DNA of 63,313 bases, filler included, from Reticulomyxa filosa (GCA_000512085.1; 9 parts of 9 records of this genome joined end to end with filler, not necessarily neighbours in it); one strand, 5' to 3'; shown: positions 13,508 through 26,643, numbered from the whole stretch's first letter. The notes: generated by a model not told the origin, from the sequence alone. Program-made: numbers and translations.

Positions 13508-14403
13508 TTATAAATAGCTGTCAGCAAGCTTTTGAGAAATAACAACATTGCTTCTACAACGTATAAAAATCTGCGTAATATATCCCTCGGTGTTTTGTCT
13601 AGTAATGGCTTTGGAAGCAAATTGTAACGTAGACAATTGTGTCTTTTTCTTTTTTATGTGCCATGATAAGATCTTAGAAAATCTCCACACTCCGATCAAA
13701 AAAGAAAATAAACATAACAACAATTGTTGCGAAAATATAAGAAAATCCATAACTTTGAGGAATTGTTTAAACTGCACATGAAAATAACACATTTTCTTAC
13801 TATCATATTTAGTGAGTGTTGTTACCAAGTTCTTGAAAAGTTTGTTCAACAAATTTGGCATCTTTCCTGTCGCGAATAGGATGCAAATATATACACCCCA
13901 CCCTAGTGCATTTTTCATCAAAGCGACAGTTTTTATTGGTTTCGGTATTCGTGTTACTCGATTGAGGCAAGTTGTCAGTCAAAAACCCTACGATGGCCCA
14001 CGTGATATGGAAGGAGTTGAAGAGTGTAATTGTTTAACACAAACCGAACATAAAGAAGAAAAAAGAAGTTTAAAACATAAAACAAAGCAAAGAAAAACAT
14101 ACCTACTCTTCCTGTTGTATGCACGAGTGGGCAATTTTTTTCAGTACACATTTTTCCATAAGGACAACACGAGTTGGGTTGTTTGTTTTTGGGCTCAAAC
14201 TCTTGATTAATTCGTTGTGGACGATTGCTGAGATTGTTCTCAGAACTTCTGTCCACAGCCATTGCATTTGAATCTGAGTCCATCACACTGGAATTGGAAT
14301 TGGAGTTGGAATTGGAATTGGAATTGGAGTTGGAATTAGAATTGGAGTTGGAATTGGAATTGGAGTTAGAATTGGAATTAGAGTTGGAGTTAGAATTGGA
14401 ATT
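13508..14403 (-). CDS. 5'-truncated protein with an Asn-Ser repeat and two Nab2/ZC3H14-type CCCH zinc fingers
   Basis: CPYGKMCTEKNCPLVH and, in the next exon, CRFDEKCTRVGCIYLH (both C-x5-C-x4-C-x3-H); 3' end uncertain. Confidence 0.65.
14289..14403. repeat. Hexamer tandem repeat (GAATTG/GAGTTG/GAATTA)n; reads (Asn-Ser)n on the minus strand
   Basis: About 19 imperfect hexamer units up to the contig end, in frame with the CCCH ORF. Confidence 0.9.
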
Positions 14404-15632
14404 NNNNNNNNNNNNNNNNNNNNNNNNNNNNNNNNNNNNNNNNNNNNTTAATTAATTAANNNNNNNNNNNNNNNNNNNNNNNNNNNNNNNNNNNNNNNNN
14501 NNNAAACACTATTGTCAACTTTTTTAAAGAAATTTTACCAAATCAAACGAAAGACTAAAATTTTTGAAAAAATTGGAAAGACTTAATAAAAATTAAAATG
14601 ATATTTAAAAACTACGCGATTCGTAGATATTTTAAAAAATTTTGATTAAATGTTGTTTTTCATGGAGAAACACAATTATCTATGTAATGTGGCATTTTAG
14701 GTGTCAACTTTCTTTTTTATCCTGAGATGAGCATGCATAACTCTTTCCCATTTGAATGATAAGTTTTTTTTACTAATAAAAAAGGAACATGTGGTTATAT
14801 GTGTAAAAATCTGTAATATTTTGATGGCAAATATCATATAGAATTAATATCGACAATCGAAATAGAGTCAAATGTATCACATTTATGAGGTTTGAATAAA
14901 GGAATTAAAAATCATAAAACACTTATTTTGACAGCATAAGATGTTATTATTATAAAAAATATTTTTTATATTTGTTGATTTCTTCATTTTGAAAAATTGA
15001 CCGAATATTATCAATTAAATTGAATCGAAGTTTTTTTTTATTTTCAAGAGTATTCATCGCTCAATCTTGCATATTCTTCTACTTTCAAGACAAACATATG
15101 AACGAAAACAAAATATAATTTATATAATATTATCTTTCGATTAATGATTTTTGTTTTTTGAAAGATTTTTGAATAAAAATAAAGAGTCATGTACAGTTAG
15201 AGATCATGAAAATTGTTTGTATTCTATAGATCCATTGGCAAAACGATACATTGATAAATTGTACGTTATTTGTCCAATATAATTTGAAAAAGATGAATAT
15301 GAAAAAAAAAGAAAGATGTGATTTTAAAGGAAAGACTAAAGATATTATTTCAAATTTAGGATATTCTTGCAGTTTAAAGAATGCAAGACTAATTGATGAT
15401 CTGTTCATATGGAAACACTTTTTTTTTTCTGCCTTTGCAAAAAAAAAATAATACATCATCACTGTGTCTCCAGACATAGTTGAATTTGGTACCGTTGGAT
15501 GGATGATAAGCAATAGTAATGTATGGTTGCGAGTCTCCACACCGTTTTGTAGTGCTGAACCTTTTTTCATAAGTTTTTTTTCCCCGAACCCCTCATCATT
15601 TTTATCATTTCCTACTAATTGTTATTTTTCGC

Positions 15633-17287
15633 ATGGAAGGTTATCCTCTTTTTTTCCAATATTTCTGGCTTAAATATTAAATCATTGTTTGTTTTTGGTA
15701 GACAAATCTTTGGACCATTCGCACTCTTTGTCACGACAGCGAGACCGAAGTTCGTCGAGGCATTCAACGAAAGAAAGGTCTTAGAAAATGGGGACAAGCT
15801 TGTTTGGGCTTTGTAGTATCTTGAAAAGCACCCCAATCTTTTGCAATTTTTTTTTAAATAAACAAAAAAAAAGAAGTTATCGTCGAGAACGTGACAATTC
15901 CCGACACAGACAACGAGAAATAAAAGAAGAAAGGCAAAAGCAGCGCAATGGCGACAAAAGATCAGGATCGGGATCGGTTCGAGACAGAGAGATAGACAAA
16001 GATCGTAATGGTGAGTACAATAAAGACGACAATAAGGACAAGAAAGAGAGAGAAAGAGACAGAGAAAGAGAAAGGGAAAGAGAAAAAGAAAAAGAAAGAG
16101 AAAGAGAACGGGAAAGGGAAAGAGAAAAAGAAAAAGAAAGAGAAAGAGACAAAGACAAAGATAAGGAAAAAGATAAAGATAAAGACAAGGACGACGAAAG
16201 AGATAAAGAACGTGACAAAATGAGAGTACGAAGCCGCACTCGCAGTCATTCGGAGACAAGCGATAAAGGACGACCGAAACGTCGACCATTGAGTCGAAGC
16301 GAAAGTCGCTCGCGCTCGTATTATAGCCGTAGTCGATCACGTCAACGACGAGAGCGAAATGGTACGAGAGATCGCAGAGACAGAAGCAAAGACAGAAATT
16401 ACAGGAGAAGGGATAACGACAAAAATGGTACGTTGTTTTGTTTTTTTTGTTAATGTCGGACTTCGAATACATTTTATCCTTACCAAAACATAAATAAAAT
16501 ACTTGCACTATTTAACAAACTGTTTTCATATCCCAATTGTGTCAGTGGAAATGCAAGCCCTTTTTTTTTTTTCTCTTCATTTTTTGTTGAGTAAAAGGAG
16601 GAAAATAAAAGATTGTTTTTTTTAAATTTGTTAATTTTTTTTTTTGGGACAAAAAAAAAGAAATGGTTGGTTGGAAAGCTCTTCATCCTTTCTCTTGCAA
16701 TGTCGTTGGTCAATGGTACTTGGTACTTGGTTGATTGGGATGATAACGAAAAAGAGAGGAGAGAGCTTGGAGTGTTGGTTGGCAAACACAATGTTGTTTG
16801 TGTGTGTATTGCGTGGATGTTTTGTGTGGTGTTGCGAACCTTTGCAATTCGTTCACGCTTTTGTTGGATATGTGTAGCTTATCGTAACGAAAAATGCTTC
16901 CATTGTGGTGATACTGGACACTGGTATTTTTTATTATTATTTGTTCGTATTTCCTATATTCAATGCTTTTATATTTATCTGCTGGTCAAAGTTTTTTATT
17001 TAAAAAAAAAACCAAACAAATTAGGGCCCGCGATTGTCCTGATTTTGATGGCAGAGATCGCTGTTTTCATTGTGCTAAAGTTGGACATATGGCAAAGCAC
17101 TGCCCTGAGTTATCTTTTTTTTTTGTATGTACAAGTGCACTTGGTGTTAGAAAATATAATGTTTTTTGTCGATCATGTTACTGCTATGTTAAATAGAAAG
17201 AGAGCAGGTCGTCTGGGATATCGTGGTCGCGGCTATGCCAATTATTCAGCAATGCGAAGAAGCTATCGTTCACGCAGTAGAACATAA
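15633..17287 (+). CDS. RS/RE/KD-rich protein with two CCHC zinc knuckles (SR-related RNA-binding protein), multi-exon
   Basis: Spliced reading ME|DKSLDHSHSLSRQRDRSSSRH...; RE, KE and KD dipeptide tracts; RSRS tracts; knuckles CFHCGDTGHW|ARDC and CFHCAKVGHMAKHC; ends RRSYRSRSRT*. Confidence 0.8.
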
Positions 17288-18809
17288 AACTTTGTTTTAT
17301 TGTTTGGTGATGTTGTACTTGCTTATAAACAAAAAAGACAAAAGATTTTTGATTCAACAGCATAACTTTTCAATGTTAAACAAGTGAATACATTCGATTA
17401 AGTCTTTGTATTTTTTTCTTTTTGGTATTATTTGAAAAAGTATAATTAAGTGTTAAGCTCGCAAAAGGTTGTGCATTGTTGCCTCTCTTCCAAAATGTGC
17501 TATACGCAATCTGAAATGTTTGAACAAACTTAACATTTATAATATTAGCAATCTATACGTTAAACAACTAAAATACAATCAGATGCTCTAAAATTTATTT
17601 CTTGCAAAGTAGTTATGATTAATTGCTTGTTTGAATATCCTAAAATTGCCAATTTTCAATTAAGAGAATGGCCTGTGTATGTTACAAATTCAATATCAAG
17701 ACTACCAAAAATACACTGGCAGTTCCGGTCAACGCGGTTGCAGACCCGAAGAATAAAAAAAAACAAAATTAGAATTCCTTCAGTATTGCAATTATAACTT
17801 TAGAATGGTTAGTTTGCTTTATTTTTGTTTTTGTTTTTGTTTTGTTAAATGATGGATTAAAAGTTTGAGAACTGAATCATTTTGAAGACAGTTTTTCACT
17901 GAAAAGCTTAACATTTGTTTATTATCTTCATTTGAACAATTGACAGCGAAGTTGTTGCATTGTAATAATAGGAAGCAATTGAACGAATTTATAAACTAGA
18001 TAAGAAGTTGAGTCATGTACTTTTTTAGTGAGTGTTTCATGATGTCTAAATATTTCTTTAAAGTACAAGTATTTGCGTTGATTGTTAATATGACGAAACG
18101 CTTTTCTGATTTGTAATTTTGAAATTGTTTATTTTGTTTTTAATCATTTGACAAAGTAGTGCAAATAAAAAATAGTTGACAAAATTGTATGGCCATGCGC
18201 GACTTTGCGGAGCTGCACCAATGAAAATTTTGAAGTGTTTTTTAATGGTTTTTAACTTTGGAAAAACTTAACGAACCAAACAGTTGTTGGCTGCAACACC
18301 GAAAGGAATTAAGATACTTGAAAATTTGGTAATAAACTGTGTAGAACAGAGGCTTCGGTGCCTATTGTTGGGTTAAAAAGTATTGCGAAATGTCGAAAAA
18401 AATGTCTATTGTTGCACTTTTATTTTAATAAAAAGATTATCTTTGAGTTTCGATTTTTAAAATAGTGCAAAAAGAAAATTTAAATCTAAAATTTCTAAAC
18501 AGATTAGGGTTGTCCTTAGCTTCCTGGAGTTAGATCAAATTTTCTTTTTCATGACAACATTCTAAGTTCCAAAAACTAAACGAACAATTTTATTGTGATG
18601 ATGGCCAAAAGAAAACAAGAAACCTAACACCGAAAAAAACAGTGAGAGAAAACAAGCCTTGCATTAGATCAATTAGTAAAATGTTTAATGTAATTTTTTA
18701 AGGTAAATTTAACAAAGAATAAGGATTTAAACCAAAAGTTTTGATATTTATGTTGTAAAGCCTTCATTTTTTATTTTATCGAGCAAAACTATTTACACTT
18801 AAAAAAAAA

Positions 18810-20033
18810 TTACTTTCCAAAATAACCTTTGGTAACAAATGGAAGCTCCGTAACTTTTACATCAATATTTTTGTCACCTCGGATGACAACTTTCAATTTG
18901 GTGTCAACAGAAGAATAGGAGGGAGGAACATATCCCATAGCAATGGGACGATCGAGACAAGGACTGAAGCCTCCAGAAGTGACTTCTCCAATAACATCAC
19001 CTTTTTCATTTTTGATTTGCATGTGTGACCGAGGTGAAGCACCCTTTTCGGCAGTAATTCCAACACGAATGCGTTTGACTCCTTTTTGAATCTGCTCACG
19101 AATAACATTGCTTCCAATAAAAACACCTTTTTCTTTTTTCTCTTTGGAAATAGTCCACATCAAATTGGCCTCATTTGGTGTGATATCTTCGCGTAAGTCA
19201 TTTCCATAAAGACATAGTCCGGCTTCCAATCGCAAAGAGTCGCGTGCTCCAAGCCCAGCCAATCGTGTAATCGGTTGGTCGGATCCTGGTTCCTTGATGG
19301 ACAACAATTTCTCAGCCAATGCCACGGCGTGTTGATTTGGAACTTGGATTTCGAACCCATCTTCGCCAGTGTAACCGCTACGGGACACATGACATGGGAT
19401 GCCTGCCAACTGGCATTTCGCACTAAAGAAAAACTTGACATCGTTGAAATTGATGTCCCCAATGGATTGCACAATTTGATGAGCCTTTGGTCCTTGCAAT
19501 GCCAACAAAGAGTATTGTTGCAATACTTCCAAAGAAACATCACCTTTTCCTTTGTTTTCTCCTTTGAATTGTTCCATCTTTGCGCGGATGTGGGGCAAAT
19601 CAACATCGACGCGCGACGCATTGATCACCACATAGTGACAGTTTTCCGAGACTCGGTTCGTCAAAACGAGGTCATCGATGACCCCTCCTTTTTCATTGCA
19701 AAGCAGAGAATACTTACACTGATTTTCCTTCAGGGTTCGAATACTCGACACTACTAACCATTCCAAAAAATCCACTCGATTTTTCCCTTTAAATAATATT
19801 TGGCCCATGTGGCTCACGTCAAACAAACTTGCTGCTTTGCGCGTATGTTTCGTTGACTCGATAATACTCAGGTCGGCATATTGCACTGGCATGTCGTACC
19901 CTGCAAATTCTACCATTTTCCCTTTTTTGCTTTTATGGAAGTCGTGCAACACTGTTTTTTTCACATCGCCCGAGTGACCGCCAAAGTTTCGGACCAACAA
20001 ATTCAATGGACGCAAGGAACGAAAAGAACGCAT
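18810..20033 (-). CDS. gcvT: Glycine cleavage system T protein (aminomethyltransferase), mitochondrial, intronless
   Basis: KKTVLHDFH, MVEFAGYDMPVQY, LFDVSHMGQ, LALQGP, SRSGYTGEDGFE, GLGARDSLRLEAGLCLYG; Arg/Ser/Leu-rich presequence from ATG 20033. Confidence 0.97.
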   Translation of the reverse strand: MRSFRSLRPLNLLVRNFGGHSGDVKKTVLHDFHKSKKGKMVEFAGYDMPVQYADLSIIESTKHTRKAASLFDVSHMGQILFKGKNRVDFLEWLVVSSIRTLKENQCKYSLLCNEKGGVIDDLVLTNRVSENCHYVVINASRVDVDLPHIRAKMEQFKGENKGKGDVSLEVLQQYSLLALQGPKAHQIVQSIGDINFNDVKFFFSAKCQLAGIPCHVSRSGYTGEDGFEIQVPNQHAVALAEKLLSIKEPGSDQPITRLAGLGARDSLRLEAGLCLYGNDLREDITPNEANLMWTISKEKKEKGVFIGSNVIREQIQKGVKRIRVGITAEKGASPRSHMQIKNEKGDVIGEVTSGGFSPCLDRPIAMGYVPPSYSSVDTKLKVVIRGDKNIDVKVTELPFVTKGYFGK

Positions 20034-20809
20034 GGTTATATCCTTCAACAATGATATCAAAATTTTAGGTTTTCTTTTATTTTTTCTTACTGAATTTTTA
20101 GGGACTACTGAAGAAGGTTTTTTAGTACGTTCTTACTTAACTCAAAATAAAAGAGGCCATTTTTCATAATGTAAAAATGATTGAATAATATATAACAGCA
20201 TATTTTTTTTATTGTGTTTTATGTCATGAAAGAGATAAATGTAAAAAATAGTTGCAGGTAGCTTTCCCTTGTTTTTGATCTGTCTCTGTCTTCTTAAAAA
20301 TAAAGTTAAAGTTGTATTTATTGAGGGCGCATACAAATTGTTTAAAATCTTTAAAAAAAGAGTAAATATTCTCAAACTGTAAATTGTTTTATAGTGCAGT
20401 TGTGGATTTAGTTTGTAATAATGTATTCTTCACTGAAAAAAATAGTAACTTTGGCATATAACAGATAAATCAATTTAAATTAAAAATTTTCAAAAAACAG
20501 ATGCAAGAAAAATGCAGTAGAATACAATAAAAATTTGAACTGTTGTTTGTCTTTTTTAATATCTTTTGTATTTTTAAATCAAAATTAACTGTTCGTTCCT
20601 TTTGTGAACTCGAAGATTGTTATATTGATCGGGTGATTATATCTTTGAATGACAATTATACTATTTTTGATGTAATAATTGCTTTTGAACAATTGTAGAT
20701 TGCACGTTTGTGAAAGAGACGTTCAAGATATATGTTAATTGATGAAAGAAAGTTGTTTTATTTAATTCATTCAAAAAGAATTAAATTATTGTTAAGTGAA
20801 ATATCTACA

Positions 20810-21450
20810 CATCGAACACCGTCTTAATGTCCATTAAAAACATGTAATAATTTTGATGTTTTAACATCCAACAAACGAATAGTTTTGTCAAATGATCCAT
20901 AGAACCTATTAAGTTGTGGAAATTCAATGTCAGTAATAATGAATATTTTCAATTGTCGATTATGTTTAATATCGAAAAAACGAATTGTTTTGTCGATAAT
21001 GAAAAACAAATTATATTGCGATGATAATTATAATCATGATATTGTGAAAATTTCACACAAGTTATATCTGAATATCTATTGACTAATTGAATTTCTTTAT
21101 TAGTTCTTACATTCCATACACGATCTGTATTATCACCTGATGCAGAACAAATGAATTGACAATTATCAAATATTGAACAATATATACTACGCACATTATC
21201 AGTCTGTCCTGTGAATATTTTGAGTAATTTTGAAGTTGAACAAAATAATTCAAGAATGAAGATAATGGTTACATGTGTTAAGCAATGATAACAAATAAGC
21301 ACTAAATATATTGAACATTTTATTGTTAAATGAAAAATAAAACATAACATAATTGACAAGTTTATTAAAATCATGAATCCATCAAGATTTAATGTGTAAT
21401 ATTCGAATTCAATGCTGAATAATTATTTGGGTATCTTTGGGCTAGATCAA
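20810..21450 (-). pseudogene. Degenerate WD40-repeat gene of the same family as 29437-30829
   Basis: Fragments IIIQH*IRILHIKS*WIHDFNKLVNY, SKLLKIFTGQTDNVRSI, ICSASGDNTDRVWNV, DKTIRFFDIK, GSFDKTIRLLDVKTSKLLHVFNGH* with stops, frameshifts and deletions. Confidence 0.85.
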
Positions 21451-22828
21451 CAGATATTATACAAAATAAATTTTTATTTTATTTAAAGACATGACTCTGA
21501 AAAATTGAACTAAAGCTTGCTAATGAAAGTTGTGTTGAAGTTTGCTTTTCATTGACAAAAGTGGTCATCGTTAAATCTTTTTGTTTTTATATTAAGATCG
21601 TTTCTGGTGTAAGATGAAAAAACGCTGAACTTTTTTTTCTCAATGATTTGATACTATGATCAGAAATCTTGTTTATCATGTTTCAGTTTTCTTTTTAATT
21701 GCATTGAATCTCATTTGTATTTCTTGTAATTTATTTCGGTTATGTATTTTTTACTTCTTTTTCAATTATGGAATTTTTTCTTTTTCTGTGAATCAAATCA
21801 TTCCGCCAAGGTTTATTTACTCCTTGTTCAGCTTTTGAATAAAAGCAATTGATGTTCAGGAAAATTATCAATTCATTTATTGATAATTTTCCATATGTTG
21901 TCCTGGAGAAAATGTTTGAAGCTGTCGTTAAGAAATTTCGCGAGATCGAGAAAAGTCCGAGCAAGAAACCAAAGAAAAGGCCACCGAAGGCCCGGAAAAC
22001 CAAAGACTCTGAAACCAAAGAAAAGATTTTTGAAGGCCAGGAAACCGAAGACCCCTGAAGGCCTGGAAACCAAAAAAGGTACAAGCAACGATCGAAGAAA
22101 CGGTCAAAGAAAAATGCTTCAACCTTTTGTTGACTTTTGTTTTGAATTGTAGCAGTTTTGTTAAGGTTGTTTGTGGTGGTAATTAGAATTGTGAACTGTG
22201 TCTCTTGTAAGTTAAATGATATTTACTCTTCTTGCATCCGACATCACATCACCATCTACTGCTATCTCGAAGAGTCTGAGCGAGGTCCCAAAGGGATCCT
22301 TCTGAACTCCACAGAGGTGAGACAAAGGCCATCAACCGAGTGATCACCAAATCTTGAAGAATAAATTGAAATCTTTTTACACACAAATTTGATCTCGTTT
22401 AAACGATTTTAAATTAAAACTATAGCTGCAAAGTTGAAGCTGGAATGTTGTTTGTTGATTATAACATTTTCTATAAAAAAAAATCTTCACCATAATCGGC
22501 ATTGAACTGCCAGCAAGTTGAAAATAATTCTTTGCTTTCTGCTGCATGTTTGATTTGATTGAAATGGCTTGAGATGCTTTTCTTCCTTGTCAGAATATAT
22601 CACATTCGAATTACTACTATTCTTTATTATCATACACATAATCTGTATGTCCATTGAACACTTGAGTTTGTTTAGTAATTCATTTGATCCATATTTTACA
22701 ACACAAAATTTGTATCCTTTGAATACANNNNNNNNNNNNNNNNNNNNNNNNNNNNNNNNNNNNNNNNNNNNTTAATTAATTAANNNNNNNNNNNNNNNNN
22801 NNNNNNNNNNNNNNNNNNNNNNNNNNNA

Positions 22829-23122
22829 AAAAACCACCATAAAAAGAAAATGAATTATTTCGAAGAAGTTCCTGCCATAAAGTACATTATATCTCCGTTT
22901 GATAGCGATAAGGAATTAACTGAAGAGCATGAAACACCAGTTATTGTAGCTGAGAAGGCTACCACCATCGAAACTTTAACTGTAAGTGATGCAGTTATGA
23001 AAATGGATCTACATGATTTACCAGCTTTAATGTTTATAAATCGTGGTAATAAGAAGCTAAATATAGTATACTACCGCAAAGACGGTAATATTTCTTGGGT
23101 AGATACCAACATATCTGCTTAA
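22829..23122 (+). CDS. hpf: Ribosome hibernation promoting factor (long HPF), C-terminal part; 5'-truncated by the contig edge
   Basis: KNHH..., PVIVAE, LTVSDAVMKMDL, ALMFIN, LNIVYYRKDGNISWVD: S30AE C-terminal domain as seen in Alphaproteobacteria. Confidence 0.88.
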   Translation, partial: KNHHKKKMNYFEEVPAIKYIISPFDSDKELTEEHETPVIVAEKATTIETLTVSDAVMKMDLHDLPALMFINRGNKKLNIVYYRKDGNISWVDTNISA

Positions 23123-23135
23123 GTTTCGATAATAA

Positions 23136-24224
23136 ATGGATGATAACAAAAAAAATTTATTAGGCCTTTCCCTAGAGGAATTAGGTGAAGAGTTTAAAGC
23201 ACTTGGCGAACTATCATTTCGTGCTAAGCAGCTCTGGCAATGGGTTTATGTGCAAGGGGAAATTGATTTCTTTCAAATGTCAAATCTACCTTTAGCGTTA
23301 AGAACAGAATTAAGCAAACTTTACACTTTAGAAAGAGCTTCAGTATCAAAAGAGTTAATTTCTCAAGATGAAACAAGAAAATGGCTATTGAAATTTCCTG
23401 ATAATAATGAAATTGAAACTGTCTTTATCCCTGAAAAGAGCCGTGGAACGCTATGTGTATCATCTCAGGTCGGCTGCACTTTAACTTGCAGTTTTTGTCA
23501 TACTGGAACTCAACCTTTGGTAAAGAACTTATCTGCACAGGAAATATTAGCCCAAATTCTATATGCTAAAGATAATCTCCAGGATTGGCCTGCTTCAAAA
23601 GAAGGAAGAAAGTTAACCAATGTTGTTATGATGGGCATGGGTGAACCTTTATTAAACTACGAAAATGTTTCCAAAGCTTTAAAAATCGCTATGAATCATA
23701 ATGGACTTGATTTATCAAAAAGAAAAATCACTTTATCCACCTCCGGTATTGTTCCATTGATTGAGCAATGTGGAAACGAATTAGGTGTAAACCTAGCTAT
23801 ATCATTGCATGCAGTTAGAGATGATTTAAGAAATATACTCGTACCTATTAATAAGCGATACCCGCTTAAGGAATTATTAGAGGCATGTAAAAATTATCCA
23901 GCCTTGAATAATAGTAGAAGAATCACATTTGAATATGTAATGCTAAAAAATGTCAACGATTCGAAAGCTGATGCTAAAGAGTTAGTAAGAATAATTAAAG
24001 GAATACCTGCTAAAATTAATCTTATTCCATTTAATCCTTGGCCTAAAAGTCCTTATGAATGCTCTGATTTGAAAACTATTCAAGAATTCACAGCTGTTGT
24101 AGAAGCAGCAGGTTATATGTCACCAGTAAGAACTCCTAGAGGTCAAGGTATTATGGCAGCATGTGGACAATTAAAATCTGAAAGTATAAAAATTAGAAAA
24201 TCTCTTTTAAATAACGCTGCCTAA
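23136..24224 (+). CDS. rlmN: 23S rRNA (adenine2503-C2)-methyltransferase RlmN (radical SAM)
   Basis: [20 protein letters not shown] (CxxxCxxC), [40 protein letters not shown]. Confidence 0.97.
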   Translation: MDDNKKNLLGLSLEELGEEFKALGELSFRAKQLWQWVYVQGEIDFFQMSNLPLALRTELSKLYTLERASVSKELISQDETRKWLLKFPDNNEIETVFIPEKSRGTLCVSSQVGCTLTCSFCHTGTQPLVKNLSAQEILAQILYAKDNLQDWPASKEGRKLTNVVMMGMGEPLLNYENVSKALKIAMNHNGLDLSKRKITLSTSGIVPLIEQCGNELGVNLAISLHAVRDDLRNILVPINKRYPLKELLEACKNYPALNNSRRITFEYVMLKNVNDSKADAKELVRIIKGIPAKINLIPFNPWPKSPYECSDLKTIQEFTAVVEAAGYMSPVRTPRGQGIMAACGQLKSESIKIRKSLLNNAA

Positions 24225-25111
24225 CAATTCTCAAGATTGGTGCTATTATTATTTTTTTCAAATTCAAGTGTGGAATGGGATATATTGTAATTATCTCTTA
24301 GCTCTTTCTTTATTTTTCCTTTAATGTTTTCCATCTCATGCAAATCTTCAATGACTATATGTGCTTCCAGCGCATTTTTATGTTCATCGATTTGCCAAAC
24401 ATGCAAATGGTGAAGATCTATAACTCCTTCTAAACTTTTAATGCTTCTTAGTAAGTCATCTATTTTCAATCCCTTCGGAGTACCTTCAGCAAGAATATGG
24501 GTAATTTTAGGCAATTCTCTAAGTGCAATCCAACCCGTGTAAATCGCAATAATAATTGTTACGATTAAATCCGCTTCTAAAAACTGGTACTTTAAAATAA
24601 TTACCCCTGACAATAAAACTCCTACCGAGCTTAATGCATCACTAATGTTATGCAAAAATGCAGCTTTTATATTCAAACTTTTATGAGTAACTGCATAAAC
24701 TAAAATTGCTGTTAATATATTTATTCCAATAGCAAATATCGAAGTATAAACAATAATATTGCCATCAATTTCTTTAGGTTCAAGGTACCTTAAAATTGAT
24801 TCCAGTATCAAAAAAACAGAAATTAAAATTATATTGATTAGATTGATTAGCGCTGCAATAATTTCTATCCTCTTGTACCCAAATGATTTGAATATATCTG
24901 GGGGTTTTTTACCAATGATTCTTGCACCTAAAACAATTGCGAATGAAAAAACATCTGATAAATTATGAAACGCATCAGCAATTAAAGCCATACTTCCAGA
25001 AATAAGTCCTGCTATAACTTGGACTAATGACAGTAGTAAATTTATGCCTAAAGATAAAATTAAAACTTTATCAATTGAATCAATATTATAGTGATGGTGA
25101 CCTTTACTCAT
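24221..25111 (-). CDS. czcD: Cation diffusion facilitator (CzcD/ZitB-like Zn/Co/Cd exporter)
   Basis: [47 protein letters not shown]; multiple transmembrane segments. Confidence 0.9.
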   Translation of the reverse strand: MSKGHHHYNIDSIDKVLILSLGINLLLSLVQVIAGLISGSMALIADAFHNLSDVFSFAIVLGARIIGKKPPDIFKSFGYKRIEIIAALINLINIILISVFLILESILRYLEPKEIDGNIIVYTSIFAIGINILTAILVYAVTHKSLNIKAAFLHNISDALSSVGVLLSGVIILKYQFLEADLIVTIIIAIYTGWIALRELPKITHILAEGTPKGLKIDDLLRSIKSLEGVIDLHHLHVWQIDEHKNALEAHIVIEDLHEMENIKGKIKKELRDNYNISHSTLEFEKNNNSTNLENC

Positions 25112-25180
25112 TTACTAATACCAGAAATATTTTTTCTTACTAAGATAACGTATATAAAAGCTTTAAAAATTTACTTTCAA

Positions 25181-25903
25181 TTATCCACCTATTACCAATT
25201 TTCGTACTTTAGCTAAATCTTCCTCTGTATCCACACCTAAAGGAAAATCTTCAACTATGGTAACTGAAATATTCATGTCGTTTTCTAATGCTCTAAGTTG
25301 TTCTAATTTTTCTCTTAATTCTAAATTACTTAGTGGTAAGTTAACAAACCTCTCAAGCGCTTTTTGTTTATAGCCGTAAATACCAATATGATGCCACAAA
25401 TCTCCATTCCCCCAAGGAGCTTTCGCTCTAGTAAAATAAAGAGCTTTTCCCTTATCATTCATTATCACTTTTACATTATTTGGATTATTTGCCTCTTCCT
25501 CTACATGAATTTTTGAAGCAGCAGTAGCAATATCAGCATCGCTTTCTTTAAATTTTTTGTAAATAGCGAGAATTATCTGCTCAGAAATTAGCGGTAAGTC
25601 TCCCTGTAAATTTATAATATATTTATAATTTTTACCTAGATTCTTAAATGCTTCATAAACTCTATCACTTCCTGAAGGTAAATCTGGATCAGTCAAAATC
25701 GAATTATAACCATATTTCTTAACAATTTCATCTATTTCAATATCACCAGAAGCTACGATCACCTCACCTATATTTGCTTTAATCGCTTTTTCAACTACCC
25801 TTATTATCATAGGCTTACCGCCTATATCCAATAATGGCTTATTTGGAAGCCTAGTTGAAGCTAAGCGAGAAGGAATAATTATTATAACGTCGCTATTATG
25901 CAT
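25181..25903 (-). CDS. kdsB: 3-deoxy-manno-octulosonate cytidylyltransferase (CMP-Kdo synthetase)
   Basis: IPSRLASTRLPNKPL, SGSDR, INLQGDLP, ALYFTR, HIGIYGY, EKLEQLRALE, GVDTEEDL. Confidence 0.97.
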   Translation of the reverse strand: MHNSDVIIIIPSRLASTRLPNKPLLDIGGKPMIIRVVEKAIKANIGEVIVASGDIEIDEIVKKYGYNSILTDPDLPSGSDRVYEAFKNLGKNYKYIINLQGDLPLISEQIILAIYKKFKESDADIATAASKIHVEEEANNPNNVKVIMNDKGKALYFTRAKAPWGNGDLWHHIGIYGYKQKALERFVNLPLSNLELREKLEQLRALENDMNISVTIVEDFPLGVDTEEDLAKVRKLVIGG

Positions 25904-25945
25904 TTTAGATCGATTTTATTAATAATTTTCATAGTCTATACATTA

Positions 25946-26542
25946 TTAATATTTCATTATCAACATATCATCAATAAATTCGTATGAATTAAGCCTTTTT
26001 AAAAAGCTCATTCCTAACAAAGGTTCACTTAGTTCAACCTCATTTACTTGTATAGAGAAATTATTGAATTTTATATTTCCTATTTTAAATTCCTTCACTT
26101 CAACACTAGCCGATTTAATCACTCCGTTTGCAGTTTCAACTTGATTAATAAATGCAAGTTTATTCATATCAATACCTATTTCCTCTGCTGTAGAAGGAGA
26201 AATGCTAACATTTGTAGCTCCAGTATCTACTAAAAATCTAATCTTATGGTTATTTATTTGAGTGTAGATGTAAAAATGACCATCATTAGCTTTTTTAACT
26301 ATAATCTCTCCTTCACTTTCAATTTTATATCCTGGAAGTAATTCTGAAAACAATCTATCCCTAGTTGAAGAAAATATATCTTTATAACTGTATAATATAG
26401 CTATTATAAAAAAAACGATTAACCAAATGGTTCCATATTTAACTATAGGTATATTAGTAAACCTTCTTCGAATACTTAATGAAGATATAATAAGGATAAG
26501 TATTAATAAGTAATTAAGAAATTTTAGTTTATCATCGATCAT
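25946..26542 (-). CDS. Clan AA (retropepsin-like) aspartic protease, TIGR02281-like, with N-terminal transmembrane helices
   Basis: DGHFY, FLVDTGAT, ETANG, LLGMSFL. Confidence 0.9.
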   Translation of the reverse strand: MIDDKLKFLNYLLILILIISSLSIRRRFTNIPIVKYGTIWLIVFFIIAILYSYKDIFSSTRDRLFSELLPGYKIESEGEIIVKKANDGHFYIYTQINNHKIRFLVDTGATNVSISPSTAEEIGIDMNKLAFINQVETANGVIKSASVEVKEFKIGNIKFNNFSIQVNEVELSEPLLGMSFLKRLNSYEFIDDMLIMKY

Positions 26543-26557
26543 TTTCTGCTCCTAATT

Positions 26558-26634
26558 TGGTGCATTCGGCGGGATTTGAACCCACGACCTTTGCCTCCGG
26601 AGGGCAACGCTCTATCCAGCTGAGCTACGAATGC
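26558..26634 (-). tRNA. tRNA-Arg(CCG)
   Basis: Reverse complement GCATTCGTAGCTCAGCTGGATAGAGCGTTGCCCTCCGGAGGCAAAGGTCGTGGGTTCAAATCCCGCCGAATGCACCA: 77-nt cloverleaf, anticodon CCG, encoded CCA (bacterial style). Confidence 0.97.
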
Positions 26635-26643
26635 ATTTAAAGG

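Noticed and set aside
15615-16508. 297-aa minus-strand ORF and similar shadow ORFs (5336-5593, 37825-38265, 38883-39882, 40935-41522)
   Set aside because: They are antisense or alternate-frame by-products of low-complexity or well-supported genes.
22260-22345. Hammerhead-like ribozyme (CTGAGCGA...GGTCCC-AAA-GGGATC)
   Set aside because: The core does not fit CUGANGA...GAAA, and only one short hairpin is present.
25946-26542. Retroelement protease next to a tRNA (integration site)
   Set aside because: It has the membrane-anchored bacterial TIGR02281 architecture, with no gag, RT or integrase and no att duplication.
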